64,000 bases of DNA from an uncultured Peptococcaceae bacterium (GCA_964569265.1 CAZMTO010000002.1:6102-70101), one strand, 5' to 3'; positions 24,218 through 33,566 are shown, counted from the first letter of the stretch. Numbers and translations: made by a program. The notes: generated by a model not told the origin, from the sequence alone.

Positions 24218-24593
24218 AATTGCAATAGCGCCAGAAGGGACAACTGCACACCATCTGCTGTGTCGAGCTTGCATTTTTCTCGCGACGCGCACTATCTGTA
24301 CGCCTCTGGCGACTCGAAATTCTATTCCTTGCATCTGTACCACTCTTGCAATTCTATTAGGGTGGTGCAGGGCAGGGCTGCGGTGTCATATAATTTCAAT
24401 CAAGGTTGCCTGCCAAGGTATACAGGGTGGTGGGCGGGAATAGATAATCCTTTATTCAGCTTTGATTGAAAAAACTTACAAACACTGCGCCGCAGGGCAA
24501 GGCTGCTGTGTGAAAATGACAAAAAAAACGGAGTTAGGCTTTGCGGCTTGGCTCCGTTTTTTTTGTGTAAAAATGCCGGTAATATTGCAAAAA
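23465..24593 (+). repeat. Copy 2 of the ~1.1-kb dispersed direct repeat.
   Basis: See 4930-6020. An 81-nt stretch (24294-24374) is identical to 5739-5819. Confidence 0.9.
24528..24564 (+). terminator. Rho-independent terminator closing the giant-protein operon.
   Basis: ACGGAGTTAGGC / GCTTGGCTCCGT 12-bp stem followed by T8. Confidence 0.8.
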
Positions 24594-24826
24594 TAATGGT
24601 TGGATGGTGTGTGTGGCAGTTTTTTTTGCATTTTGCAGCGGATATTTTATGCTTGCTGCAAACTTATTTGTTGTATTCGGCGGATAAATGTGGTAAAATT
24701 TGCTTAACAGAACCTTACATATTATATAGGCACGTTTTTGTAAGGTTGCACCCGGGCTTTTTAGCGGCTTGTCCGACCGCTTTAACAGTATAATAAAACA
24801 GCATAAAATAAAAGGAGTTGATCGTT

Positions 24827-26902
24827 ATGAGTTTTTCAGTACAAAATATCCGCAATGTCTGCCTGCTGGGTCACAGCGGCAGCGGTAAAACCGCCCTGGC
24901 AGAAAGTCTGCTTTTTATGACCGACGCTATTGCCCGTATGGGTAAGGTTGCGGATGGCAACACTGTATGCGACTTTGACCCGGAGGAAACCAAGCGTTGT
25001 ATTTCGTTATCTACCGCCTTGGCACCGCTTGACTTTAAGGGCTGCCGTATCAATGTGCTGGATACTCCCGGTGCATTTGATTTTTCCGGCGAGGTTATGG
25101 AGGCTTTGCGCGCTGCGGATGCTGCCATTATCGTTTGCTCGGCAAAAGACGGTATTTCTGTCGGGCTGGAAAGAGCGTGGAAGTATTGTGAGGAACGCAA
25201 TATGCCCCGCTTTATCTATATTTCTAAAACGGACGAAGAAAACAGCGATTACAATGCCACCTTTGATGCTCTGCGTGAGCGCTTTGGCAAAAAAATTGCG
25301 CCGCTGGTAGTACCTATTTGGGACGAAAATAAAAAGGTAACCGGCATTATTGATGTGCTTAACAAGCGCGCTTATGAAATGCAGGACTTAAAGAGAGTAG
25401 AAATTGATGTGCCTGCGGATAAAGAAGACGTTATTACCGAATTTAATGACGCACTTAAAGAATCGGTAGCCGAAACATCGGAAGAGTTTATGGACAAATT
25501 TTTTGAGGGTGAGGACTTTACCTACGCCGAAATGATCACCGGTTTGCGTCAGGGTGTAAGAGAGCTGAGCTTGTTCCCGGTACTGTGCGGTTCGGCTGTT
25601 AACTGCATGGGTTCTTTAATGCTGATGGACTATATTGTAGACCTTTTGCCCAACCCGATGGAGGGCAACTACCACAAGGCTACCATGGCTAACGGCGAAA
25701 CCGAGGAGTTTGTTGTTTCTCCGGGTGGTGTGCCTACGGCTTATGTATTTAAAACTGTTTCTGACCAGTATGGCAAGTTCTCGTTTGTAAAGGTGCTTTC
25801 CGGTTCTATCACGGCTGATATGCCCCTGGTAAATGCCCGCACCGGTGCTGCTGATAAATTAGGCCGCCTTTACAAGATGTGCGGCAAAAAGACCACCGAA
25901 GTTAAAGAGCTGGTTTGCGGCGATATCGGTGTTATTGCCAAAATGGATAAAGTTAAAACCGGCGATACCCTGTGTGACCAGCGCAAGGTTGTTGCCTTAA
26001 AGAATATTCCCTTTGCCGAACCGTGCTATTCGGTTGCTATTGTGCCCAAAACCCGCGGGCAGGAAGATAAGATTGCGCAGGGCTTAAACCGTCTTAATGA
26101 AGAAGACCCCAGCTTTAGCGTAGTACAAAACCCCGAAACCCACCAGATGGTACTTTCCGGCGCCGGTGATATGCACATTGATGTTTTGGTAAGCAAGCTT
26201 AAATCTCGCTTTAATGTAGAGGCAGAGCTTAAACCTGTGCGTGTTGCCTACCGTGAAAAAATCCGCAAGACTGTACAAAAACAGGGTCGCCATAAAAAGC
26301 AGACCGGCGGCAGCGGCCAGTTTGGTGATGTATGGATTCGCTTTGAGCCTAACTTTGAGCAGGAAGATATGGTATTTGCCGAAGAAGTATTTGGCGGTTC
26401 GGTACCTAAAAACTTCTTCCCGGCGGTAGAAAAGGGCCTGAGAGAGGCTTGCGCACACGGGCCTTTGGCCGGCTACCCGGTTGTAAACTTAAAGGCTGTG
26501 TTGTATGATGGCAGCTACCACCCGGTAGATTCGTCGGAAGTTGCTTTTAAAACAGCGGCACATTTGGCTTATAAGGCTGCTATGCCCGAAGGTAACCCTG
26601 TGCTGTTAGAGCCTGTAGGCGAGCTGAAGGTTACTGTGCCGGACAGCTATATGGGCGATATTATCGGTGATTTGAACAAGCGCCGCGGCCGTGTAATGGG
26701 TATGGACCCGACCGGTGACGGCAGCCAGGTAATTACCGCCGAGGTTCCGATGGGTGAAATGGGCAGCTACGCCATAGACCTGCGCGCAATGACGCAGAGC
26801 CGCGGCAGCTTTACCTTCCACTTTGTACGCTACGAGGATTGCCCGCCGGCAGCGCAGGAAAAAGTTATTGCCGAAGCCAAGGCGCTGGCAGAACAGCAGT
26901 AA
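24827..26902 (+). CDS. Elongation factor G family GTPase (EF-G paralogue).
   Basis: SD AAAGGAG lies 9 nt before ATG 24827 (the ORF track used TTG 24818). G1 is GHSGSGKT, G3 is DTPG, G4-like is SKTD. ~690 aa with EF-G domain order. Confidence 0.85.
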   Translation: MSFSVQNIRNVCLLGHSGSGKTALAESLLFMTDAIARMGKVADGNTVCDFDPEETKRCISLSTALAPLDFKGCRINVLDTPGAFDFSGEVMEALRAADAAIIVCSAKDGISVGLERAWKYCEERNMPRFIYISKTDEENSDYNATFDALRERFGKKIAPLVVPIWDENKKVTGIIDVLNKRAYEMQDLKRVEIDVPADKEDVITEFNDALKESVAETSEEFMDKFFEGEDFTYAEMITGLRQGVRELSLFPVLCGSAVNCMGSLMLMDYIVDLLPNPMEGNYHKATMANGETEEFVVSPGGVPTAYVFKTVSDQYGKFSFVKVLSGSITADMPLVNARTGAADKLGRLYKMCGKKTTEVKELVCGDIGVIAKMDKVKTGDTLCDQRKVVALKNIPFAEPCYSVAIVPKTRGQEDKIAQGLNRLNEEDPSFSVVQNPETHQMVLSGAGDMHIDVLVSKLKSRFNVEAELKPVRVAYREKIRKTVQKQGRHKKQTGGSGQFGDVWIRFEPNFEQEDMVFAEEVFGGSVPKNFFPAVEKGLREACAHGPLAGYPVVNLKAVLYDGSYHPVDSSEVAFKTAAHLAYKAAMPEGNPVLLEPVGELKVTVPDSYMGDIIGDLNKRRGRVMGMDPTGDGSQVITAEVPMGEMGSYAIDLRAMTQSRGSFTFHFVRYEDCPPAAQEKVIAEAKALAEQQ

Positions 26903-26925
26903 TTTAAAGTAATTTGCTAAAAAAT

Positions 26926-26962
26926 ACGGACGAGAGCCAAATGCGGCTTTCGTCCGTTTTTG
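26926..26962. terminator. Terminator hairpin between convergent genes.
   Basis: ACGGACGAGAGCC..GGCTTTCGTCCGT followed by T5, with an A-run upstream. Confidence 0.7.
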
Positions 26963-26989
26963 TTTGCGTAAAATGCCGGCTGCCCAAAC

Positions 26990-28117
26990 TTAGCTAAGCC
27001 AGCAGGCCGCCGGTATAAGCACCGCCAGCCCCAGCAGGTTGGCCAGTGTAAATATCAGTAAAAAGCGGCCAATGTTGGCCTTGGGGCAGCGCATATATTG
27101 CTTTAAGGTTATAAGGCTGGCCAGCGATGCCACCGGTGTGCCCAGCCCGCCAATGTTTACACCGGCCAAAAGCTCACGCCATTGATCGGTAAAGCCGGAA
27201 AGCAACACGGCTGCCGGTACATTGCTGATAAACTGACTGGTGCCGATGGCCGTAAACAGGGTGTTATCGGCTAAAAGGGCCTGCAAAAAGCTGTGTACGG
27301 CGGTTAAACGCCCCAAATTGCCGGATACAATAAAAAAGCAGATAAACGTAACCAGCAGGGCGTAGTCTAACCCTTGCAGCAGGCGGCGGTTTAGCAGCCC
27401 CACGGTTAGCAGCACGGTGGGCAACAGCAAAATATCCGGCAGCAGATGGAACACCGCCAGCAGGCATACGGCAAACAGCAGCACATAAATGCCAAGCTGT
27501 CGGGGTTGTTGCAGGGTTTGCGGCGTAAGCTGAATACCGGGCAATGCAGCCGGCAGAACAACAGCACCGCCAACAAGTAAAAACAGCAGACTGATGAGCG
27601 TAAACGGCAGCGTGGCACTAAAAAACGCCCCAATATTAAGGTTATACGCCGAATATAAAAACAGGTTTTGCGGGTTGCCTACCGGGGTGGCCATACTGCC
27701 AAGGTTGGCGGCAATGGTTTGCAGCACCAGCATAGGCGCAATGGCCGCCGGGCAGTTTATCTGCCGCAAAAGCCCCAGCGTAAAGGGCACAAACACCAGC
27801 AGCGCAACATCGTTGGTTACCAGCATAGAGCAGAAAAACGGCAGCAACACCAGCGCAACGCCCAGTAGGCGGCCACTTTGGCTGCCCTTTAGCATATGGT
27901 AGGTAAGCCATTTAAAAATGCCGCACGCCTGTAGCCCCGCCACCACGGCCATAAGGCACAGCAGCAGGCATAAAACGTGTGTATCTATATAAGTAAGGTA
28001 TGCGCTGTCGGGCGGAACCAGCAGCATAGTTGCCAGTGCGCACAGGGCGGCAATGCACAAAACAGTTTCCTTTTGCCAAAAAGCGCCAAGCTTGTGTAAC
28101 AAGATGATATCCCCCAA
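26990..28117 (-). CDS. Polytopic membrane permease (ArsB/NhaD / citrate-transporter-like superfamily, tentative).
   Basis: ~10 hydrophobic segments throughout. The start is ambiguous: TTG 28117, or TTG 28102, which has GGGGGA 7 nt upstream. Confidence 0.55.
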   Translation of the reverse strand: MGDIILLHKLGAFWQKETVLCIAALCALATMLLVPPDSAYLTYIDTHVLCLLLCLMAVVAGLQACGIFKWLTYHMLKGSQSGRLLGVALVLLPFFCSMLVTNDVALLVFVPFTLGLLRQINCPAAIAPMLVLQTIAANLGSMATPVGNPQNLFLYSAYNLNIGAFFSATLPFTLISLLFLLVGGAVVLPAALPGIQLTPQTLQQPRQLGIYVLLFAVCLLAVFHLLPDILLLPTVLLTVGLLNRRLLQGLDYALLVTFICFFIVSGNLGRLTAVHSFLQALLADNTLFTAIGTSQFISNVPAAVLLSGFTDQWRELLAGVNIGGLGTPVASLASLITLKQYMRCPKANIGRFLLIFTLANLLGLAVLIPAACWLS

Positions 28118-28231
28118 AAATAGAATAAAACTAACATAATGCGTACAAACACGCCATCTATATTAACACAAAATTGGCTCGGTTGCAATAATTATACCCA
28201 TATTTTTTGCCCTTTGGGGCGCATAAATGCC

Positions 28232-28816
28232 CTATAAATACTGATAAAACAGGCCGTGCTGTGTGCAGTACCAAAGCAGGGTGCCATGGGCGCGGCGGGG
28301 CAGATGAACCTGCAAGTCCCATTCCGGGTATTGACGGATGATTTGAAGCTGTTGGCTGCCCACCAGTGCCACAAAAGATATATAATGCTCTTTGGTCATA
28401 GGGTGGTTGGCCGTTATGTAAAGCCCGTCGTCTATGGTTTCTACACTCAGTTGATCGTCGGGCGTGGCTTTTTGGGCGCTAAGCGGCGCCAGCTTTTGGC
28501 CGCAGCAGGTTATTTGGGCGTTGCCGGCCGACACAGTAAGGGCACCGCAGGTGGGGCAGATGTAGTACTTGGTGTTTTTCATATTTCCTCCGGTGGGGTT
28601 GTTGGCGATAATTTCGCCGGTTAATAAGGCTTCTACGTTAATGTTAAAAATATCGGCTAAGCTTGCCAGCAGCGAAACATCGGGCAAACCAAGGCCGCGT
28701 TCCCATTTGCTGATGGTGCGGTCAGATATATGCAGCATATCGGCTAACTGCTTTTGGGTTATTTGTCGGCTGTGGCGCAGGGCGGCAATAAGCTCGCCGG
28801 TTTTTTGTGTGTCCAT
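28232..28816 (-). CDS. XRE-family HTH fused to a desulfoferrodoxin-like (Dx + SOR-like) domain.
   Basis: SD is AAGGAGA. N-terminal sequence ITQKQLADMLHISDRTISKWERG. It is followed by CPTCG..CCG (Dx-type centre I), HPMTKEHYISFV and YCTQHG (SOR centre II-like ligands). Confidence 0.75.
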   Translation of the reverse strand: MDTQKTGELIAALRHSRQITQKQLADMLHISDRTISKWERGLGLPDVSLLASLADIFNINVEALLTGEIIANNPTGGNMKNTKYYICPTCGALTVSAGNAQITCCGQKLAPLSAQKATPDDQLSVETIDDGLYITANHPMTKEHYISFVALVGSQQLQIIRQYPEWDLQVHLPRRAHGTLLWYCTQHGLFYQYL

Positions 28817-28926
28817 AAAGTTATCATCTCCTTAATGGTATTGGTATGGCTTACAGCCTTATGGTAGCATAAGCGGCAGGGCTTGGCAACAAACGCATAG
28901 TAGAGTTGCAGATAAAGCAGCTGCAC

Positions 28927-28954
28927 AAAAAAAGCCCCGGCAGTCAGCCGGGGC
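28927..28954 (-). terminator. Terminator of the prsA-like gene.
   Basis: On the minus strand: GCCCCGGC tgact GCCGGGGC followed by T7. Confidence 0.8.
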
Positions 28955-28966
28955 AGGGTATAAAAT

Positions 28967-30091
28967 TTAGTTGGTAGTTTGCAATTTAAGCTCAGCGACC
29001 TGTTCATCGGTATCGGTGTTGCTGTCGGTGTCGGTATTTGCATCGGCGTCAGTATCAGCATCGGTGTCCGCGTCGGTATCATCTTCGGCGGGGGTGTAAG
29101 TATACTGGCGGGTGTAATCCATAGTTACTTCGGCAGTCTGCATAGCTTCGTCTACAGCCTGGCTGTAGCGGGCATAACGCTCGTCGCCCAACTGTTCTTC
29201 AACAATGGTTTCGCGGGCGGCTTCGGCACCTTCGTTTTTATCCAGCAGCTTAATAATGTGGTAGCCAAACGAAGATTTTACCGGCTCGTCGCAAAGCTGG
29301 CCAATCTCAGTAAGCTTAAAGGCTGCATCGCTGAATTCGGCAACATAGGGGCTGGCGGTTTTGCTTACATACTGGCCAAGGTCACCGCCGGTAGCCTGAG
29401 TGCTGTCCGGGTTGTTAGCGGCTGCCAAATCTTCAAACTTGGCGGTACCGTCTTTAAGCTGCTTTAACATATCGTCGGCAGTGGCTTTGGCTGCTGCCCA
29501 CGCGGCATCATCGCTGTTGCCGGCATCGTCAGCTTCCGGCTGAATAAGGATGTGCGCAAATTTGTAGGTGTTGTATTGGTCGGGGTTGGCGTTATAAATT
29601 TCGGCAATCTCGGTATCGCTAAGGGTAAGGTCGGCATTAAGCTGGTTATACAGGGCATCGGCCAACAGTTGATATTCCAGTATCCACTTAACGTCGCTTT
29701 CGGTCATATTATAGCCGGTAAGCCAGGTGTTCCATTCGGTTTCGCCGCCAAAGTTAGCTTTTTCTTCAGCCATAGCATCGTTTACGGCGCTGCTGTCTAC
29801 TTCGATGCCGCTTTTTTTAGCCAAATCCACAACAACGGCAATTTCGGTAGCAATATCTACGCCCTGTTCTTCTATCATACTCATATACATTGCACCGGTT
29901 TCGTCGGTTAAATCAACGCCGTAGTTGGTAAGATAATCACGCCCGGCGTTTATGTAGTAATTCATAACACCCTGCGGAACCTCTACACCGTTAATTACCA
30001 TAGCAGTTTGTGACTTTGCACCGCAGCCGCACAGACTGAACACCGCCAAAAGGGTGCATACAGCAAGCAGTACAGATAAAATTTTCTTCAT
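28967..30091 (-). CDS. prsA: PrsA-like lipoprotein peptidyl-prolyl isomerase (parvulin type) with a D/T-rich tail.
   Basis: Lipobox LAVFSLCGC. PpiC motifs FAHILIQ and SSFGYHIIKL. SD is GGAGGA. Confidence 0.8.
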   Translation of the reverse strand: MKKILSVLLAVCTLLAVFSLCGCGAKSQTAMVINGVEVPQGVMNYYINAGRDYLTNYGVDLTDETGAMYMSMIEEQGVDIATEIAVVVDLAKKSGIEVDSSAVNDAMAEEKANFGGETEWNTWLTGYNMTESDVKWILEYQLLADALYNQLNADLTLSDTEIAEIYNANPDQYNTYKFAHILIQPEADDAGNSDDAAWAAAKATADDMLKQLKDGTAKFEDLAAANNPDSTQATGGDLGQYVSKTASPYVAEFSDAAFKLTEIGQLCDEPVKSSFGYHIIKLLDKNEGAEAARETIVEEQLGDERYARYSQAVDEAMQTAEVTMDYTRQYTYTPAEDDTDADTDADTDADANTDTDSNTDTDEQVAELKLQTTN

Positions 30092-30148
30092 AGTTTGTCC
30101 TCCGTATCACATAAAAAATTAGGTTAAACCCACAGCTATATTGTACAC

Positions 30149-33100
30149 TTATTCTGCATTATTTGCAAGATGTTTTGATTGGTTTTTGGCGACTTGGGCC
30201 GATAAATATGCCAAAAAATCGGTTATTTCCGCAATTTTTGCAGCATCGGTGCGGGCATTAAGTGCCAGATTTATCTTCAGTTCGCCTTTGCCGACAAAAC
30301 GCAGGCTTTTACCAAAGCGGTCGGCAATGCTAAGCATGGCAGGCCCGTCAAAGGGGGTTTGTTTGCCAAAGTTAAGCGTAAGCTGGCGCGCAGGTGCCGT
30401 AAGCGACTTGGCACCTATGGCTTCGGCCAGATTACGGATGTTTAGTATGCCAAACAGGTTAATTATCTGGCGCGGCGGCTCACCAAAGCGCTCGGTAAGC
30501 TCGGCTAACAGGGGTGCCGTTTGTGAGGCATTGGCAAGGGCGGCAATTTTGTTATAAACCTCAAATTTAAGGGCATCTTCGGGTATATAGCTGTCGGGTA
30601 TATAGGCATCAATACCTATATCCAGTCGTAAATCGGCAGTGGGCGGCTTGGGTGTGGCTTCGCCCATGCCCTGTTCTATGGCTTCGTTCACCAGCTTGCA
30701 ATACATATCAAAGCCTACGGCGGCAATATGGCCGTGTTGTTCGGCACCCAAAAGGTTACCGGCACCGCGTATCTCCAAATCTCGCATAGCAATTTTAAAG
30801 CCGGCACCAAGCTGGGTAAAGTCACGTATGGCGGCCAAACGGCGGCGGGCATCGTCGGGTAGCTGCCGCCCTGGCCGGTAGGTAAAATAAGCAAAAGCCT
30901 GCCGCTTGGAACGCCCCACGCGCCCACGTAGCTGGTATAGCTGGGCCAAACCAAAGTTTTCGGCATTTTCCACTATCAGGGTGTTAACGTTGGGTATATC
31001 CAGCCCGGATTCGGCAATGGTGGTGCATAGCAAAACATCGGCGCGCCCTTCTAAAAAGTCCGTCATTATCGGTTTTAGCTGGGCCTCGGTCATTTGGCCG
31101 TGTGCCGCCAAAATGCGCGCTGTCGGCACAAGCTCGGCCAGCTCGGTCTGTTTTTCGGCAATGCTTTTTACGCTGTTAAAAATATAATACACTTGCCCGC
31201 CGCGGGCAATTTCTCTTTCGATGGCGTTTTTTATCAGGCGTTTGTTGTGTTCAATAACATAGGTTTCCACCGGCAGACGGTCTTTGGGCGGGGTGGTAAT
31301 AACCGACATATCACGCATGCCCACCAGCGACATATGCAGGGTGCGCGGTATGGGCGTGGCCGAAAGCGTAAGAACATCAATAGAGCCTTTAAGCTGCTTG
31401 ATTTTTTCCTTATGGGCAACACCAAAGCGCTGTTCTTCGTCTACCAGCAGCAGCCCCAGCGCCTTAAATTTAACATCTTTAGAAAGTAAACGGTGCGTGC
31501 CGATAAGAATATCAGCGGTACCGTCGGCCAGGGCAGCCAGATTTTGCTTTTGCTGTTTGGCGCCCACAAAACGGCTTAGCATTACTATTTTTACCGGGTA
31601 GTTGGCAAAACGGGCGCAAAAATTGTTGTAGTGCTGTTCGGCCAGCAGGGTGGTCGGAGAAAGCATTGCTACCTGTTTGCCGTCTTGCACGGCTTTAAAG
31701 GCGGCGCGCATAGCCAGTTCGGTTTTGCCATAGCCGACATCGCCGCAAAGCAGCCTGTCCATAGGCTTGGGGCTTTGCATATCGCGCTTTATATCTTCTA
31801 ATGCAGATAACTGACCGGGGGTTTCTTCGTATTCAAAGGCATCTTCAAATTCTCGCTGCCAGTTGGTATCGGGAGAAAATGCAAACCCGGTGGCCTGTTC
31901 ACGCGCGGCATAAAGGCGCAGCAGCTCGTCGGCCATATCCTGCACCGATGCTTTTACTTTGGCTTTGGTTTTTTCCCACTGGTTGCCGCCAAGGCGGTTA
32001 AGCTTGGGGGCACCGCTGTCGCTGCCGATATATTTTTGTACCAGATGCATTTGCTCTACTGGTATAAACAGCTTGTCACCGGCGGCATATTCAATTTTAA
32101 GATAATCCGCGGTGACCGAATCGGCGGTAACACGTTCTATGCCCATAAAGCGGCCCACACCGTGGTTGGTATGCACAATATAGTCGCCCGGTTTAATTTC
32201 TACAAAGGCGTTAATGTCGGTATCGCTGCGTTTGGCCTTGCGGTTGTGCTTTACGGTTTTGCCCAAAAGCTCGCGTTCGGTAAGCACCACCAGCTTGCCG
32301 GCAGGGTAGCAAAAGCCGCTGCCGGGCGCACACACACCAATGGCGGCTTCGGGGTAATCGTGGTCGCTTAGTATGCTGCGCAGGTTGCCGGCCCTGAGCT
32401 TAGACCCTGCACAAAAAAAGATGTGCCAGCCCTGCTTACGCCATTTGGCTAAATCTTCGGCAAAAAGGGGTATTTGCCCCACATAAGACGGCGCCCCCGT
32501 GGCTTTTACAGCAATATGCTCGTTTTGCTTTAGGCGGCTGGCGGCTTCTAACTGCATAATTGAGGCGTGCGGCCGGCTGTTAAGGCGGTTAATTATCTCG
32601 TCAGCCGTAAGATAATCTTCGGCAATGGCGGCAAGCTCCTGCTTTTTAAGGCGGCGGCTGTCTACCAGAGAATCAAGGTAAATATTGCGTTCCTGTTCGG
32701 TTTCGCACAGGGTTTGTTCGCAGGCGGCTGCTTCATCTATCAGCAGCAGCATATCGGGCGGCAGGTAATCTAAAAAAGAAGCCGCAGCATTGGTAACATT
32801 GCAGGGATAAAGCTCTAAGGTGCGGTTGCAGGGTGCGCCGGAACGCTGCGTGGTGGGGTCAAAGTAGCGCATAGTTTCCAGTTCGGTATCAAAAAAATCC
32901 AAACGCACGGGGGTTTCCCACCCGATAGGAAAAATGTCGGCAATGCCGCCGCGGCAGGCAAAGGTACCGGGGGCATCTATCATAGTTTCACGCGTGTAAC
33001 CAAGCTCGGTAAGGCGGCGGGCAAGGTCGTCAAGCTCGATATTGGCACCGGGGGCAAGGGTAAGCACCTGTTCGGCAAAGGTGGCGCGGGCCTGCAAACG

Positions 33101-33496
33101 GCAAAGCAGGGCGGCTGCCGGCACAATAACACAAACCGGCTGCGGCTTTAGCAGGGCGGCAAGGGTGTTTACACGTGCGGTTAAAACGTCGGCATCGGGT
33201 TTAAAGCCGTTTAGCGGTGACAAATTTACCGCCGGAAACAGCAACACCTGTGCGGCTTTATCCGGCGGCAGCATAGCCAATATATCCTCCTGCCGTTCGG
33301 CGGCACGGGCGGTATCGGGCACAATTATGCAGGTGCTTTGGCCGCCTATGTGCAGCCGGGCGCTTATGGCAGCAGCGGTAAAGGTATCGGCCGGGCCAAC
33401 AGCAAACGGAAAATTTGCAGCCTTAAACAGTCGGCAAAGGTTTTCGTCGTTGGCCAGGCATTTTAATAATTCGGTTTTAAAATCAGTTTCTTGCAT
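30149..33496 (-). CDS. mfd: Transcription-repair coupling factor Mfd.
   Basis: 1115 aa. CarD-like domain GDYIVHTNHGVGRF. Helicase motifs GDVGYGKTE and DEEQRFGV. pth-mfd synteny. Confidence 0.95.
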   Translation of the reverse strand: MQETDFKTELLKCLANDENLCRLFKAANFPFAVGPADTFTAAAISARLHIGGQSTCIIVPDTARAAERQEDILAMLPPDKAAQVLLFPAVNLSPLNGFKPDADVLTARVNTLAALLKPQPVCVIVPAAALLCRLQARATFAEQVLTLAPGANIELDDLARRLTELGYTRETMIDAPGTFACRGGIADIFPIGWETPVRLDFFDTELETMRYFDPTTQRSGAPCNRTLELYPCNVTNAAASFLDYLPPDMLLLIDEAAACEQTLCETEQERNIYLDSLVDSRRLKKQELAAIAEDYLTADEIINRLNSRPHASIMQLEAASRLKQNEHIAVKATGAPSYVGQIPLFAEDLAKWRKQGWHIFFCAGSKLRAGNLRSILSDHDYPEAAIGVCAPGSGFCYPAGKLVVLTERELLGKTVKHNRKAKRSDTDINAFVEIKPGDYIVHTNHGVGRFMGIERVTADSVTADYLKIEYAAGDKLFIPVEQMHLVQKYIGSDSGAPKLNRLGGNQWEKTKAKVKASVQDMADELLRLYAAREQATGFAFSPDTNWQREFEDAFEYEETPGQLSALEDIKRDMQSPKPMDRLLCGDVGYGKTELAMRAAFKAVQDGKQVAMLSPTTLLAEQHYNNFCARFANYPVKIVMLSRFVGAKQQKQNLAALADGTADILIGTHRLLSKDVKFKALGLLLVDEEQRFGVAHKEKIKQLKGSIDVLTLSATPIPRTLHMSLVGMRDMSVITTPPKDRLPVETYVIEHNKRLIKNAIEREIARGGQVYYIFNSVKSIAEKQTELAELVPTARILAAHGQMTEAQLKPIMTDFLEGRADVLLCTTIAESGLDIPNVNTLIVENAENFGLAQLYQLRGRVGRSKRQAFAYFTYRPGRQLPDDARRRLAAIRDFTQLGAGFKIAMRDLEIRGAGNLLGAEQHGHIAAVGFDMYCKLVNEAIEQGMGEATPKPPTADLRLDIGIDAYIPDSYIPEDALKFEVYNKIAALANASQTAPLLAELTERFGEPPRQIINLFGILNIRNLAEAIGAKSLTAPARQLTLNFGKQTPFDGPAMLSIADRFGKSLRFVGKGELKINLALNARTDAAKIAEITDFLAYLSAQVAKNQSKHLANNAE

Positions 33497-33566
33497 AGAT
33501 ACATCCTTTTGCTTAGCGCAACTCTGCTCTATCGGTTATACATATATTATGATTTGGGGCGGTCTG

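Noticed and set aside
24827-26902. EF-G paralogue considered as a Tet(M)/Tet(O)-type ribosomal protection protein.
   Set aside because: Its length (~690 aa) and motifs fit EF-G-like paralogues common in Clostridia. Nothing visible by eye supports a resistance call.
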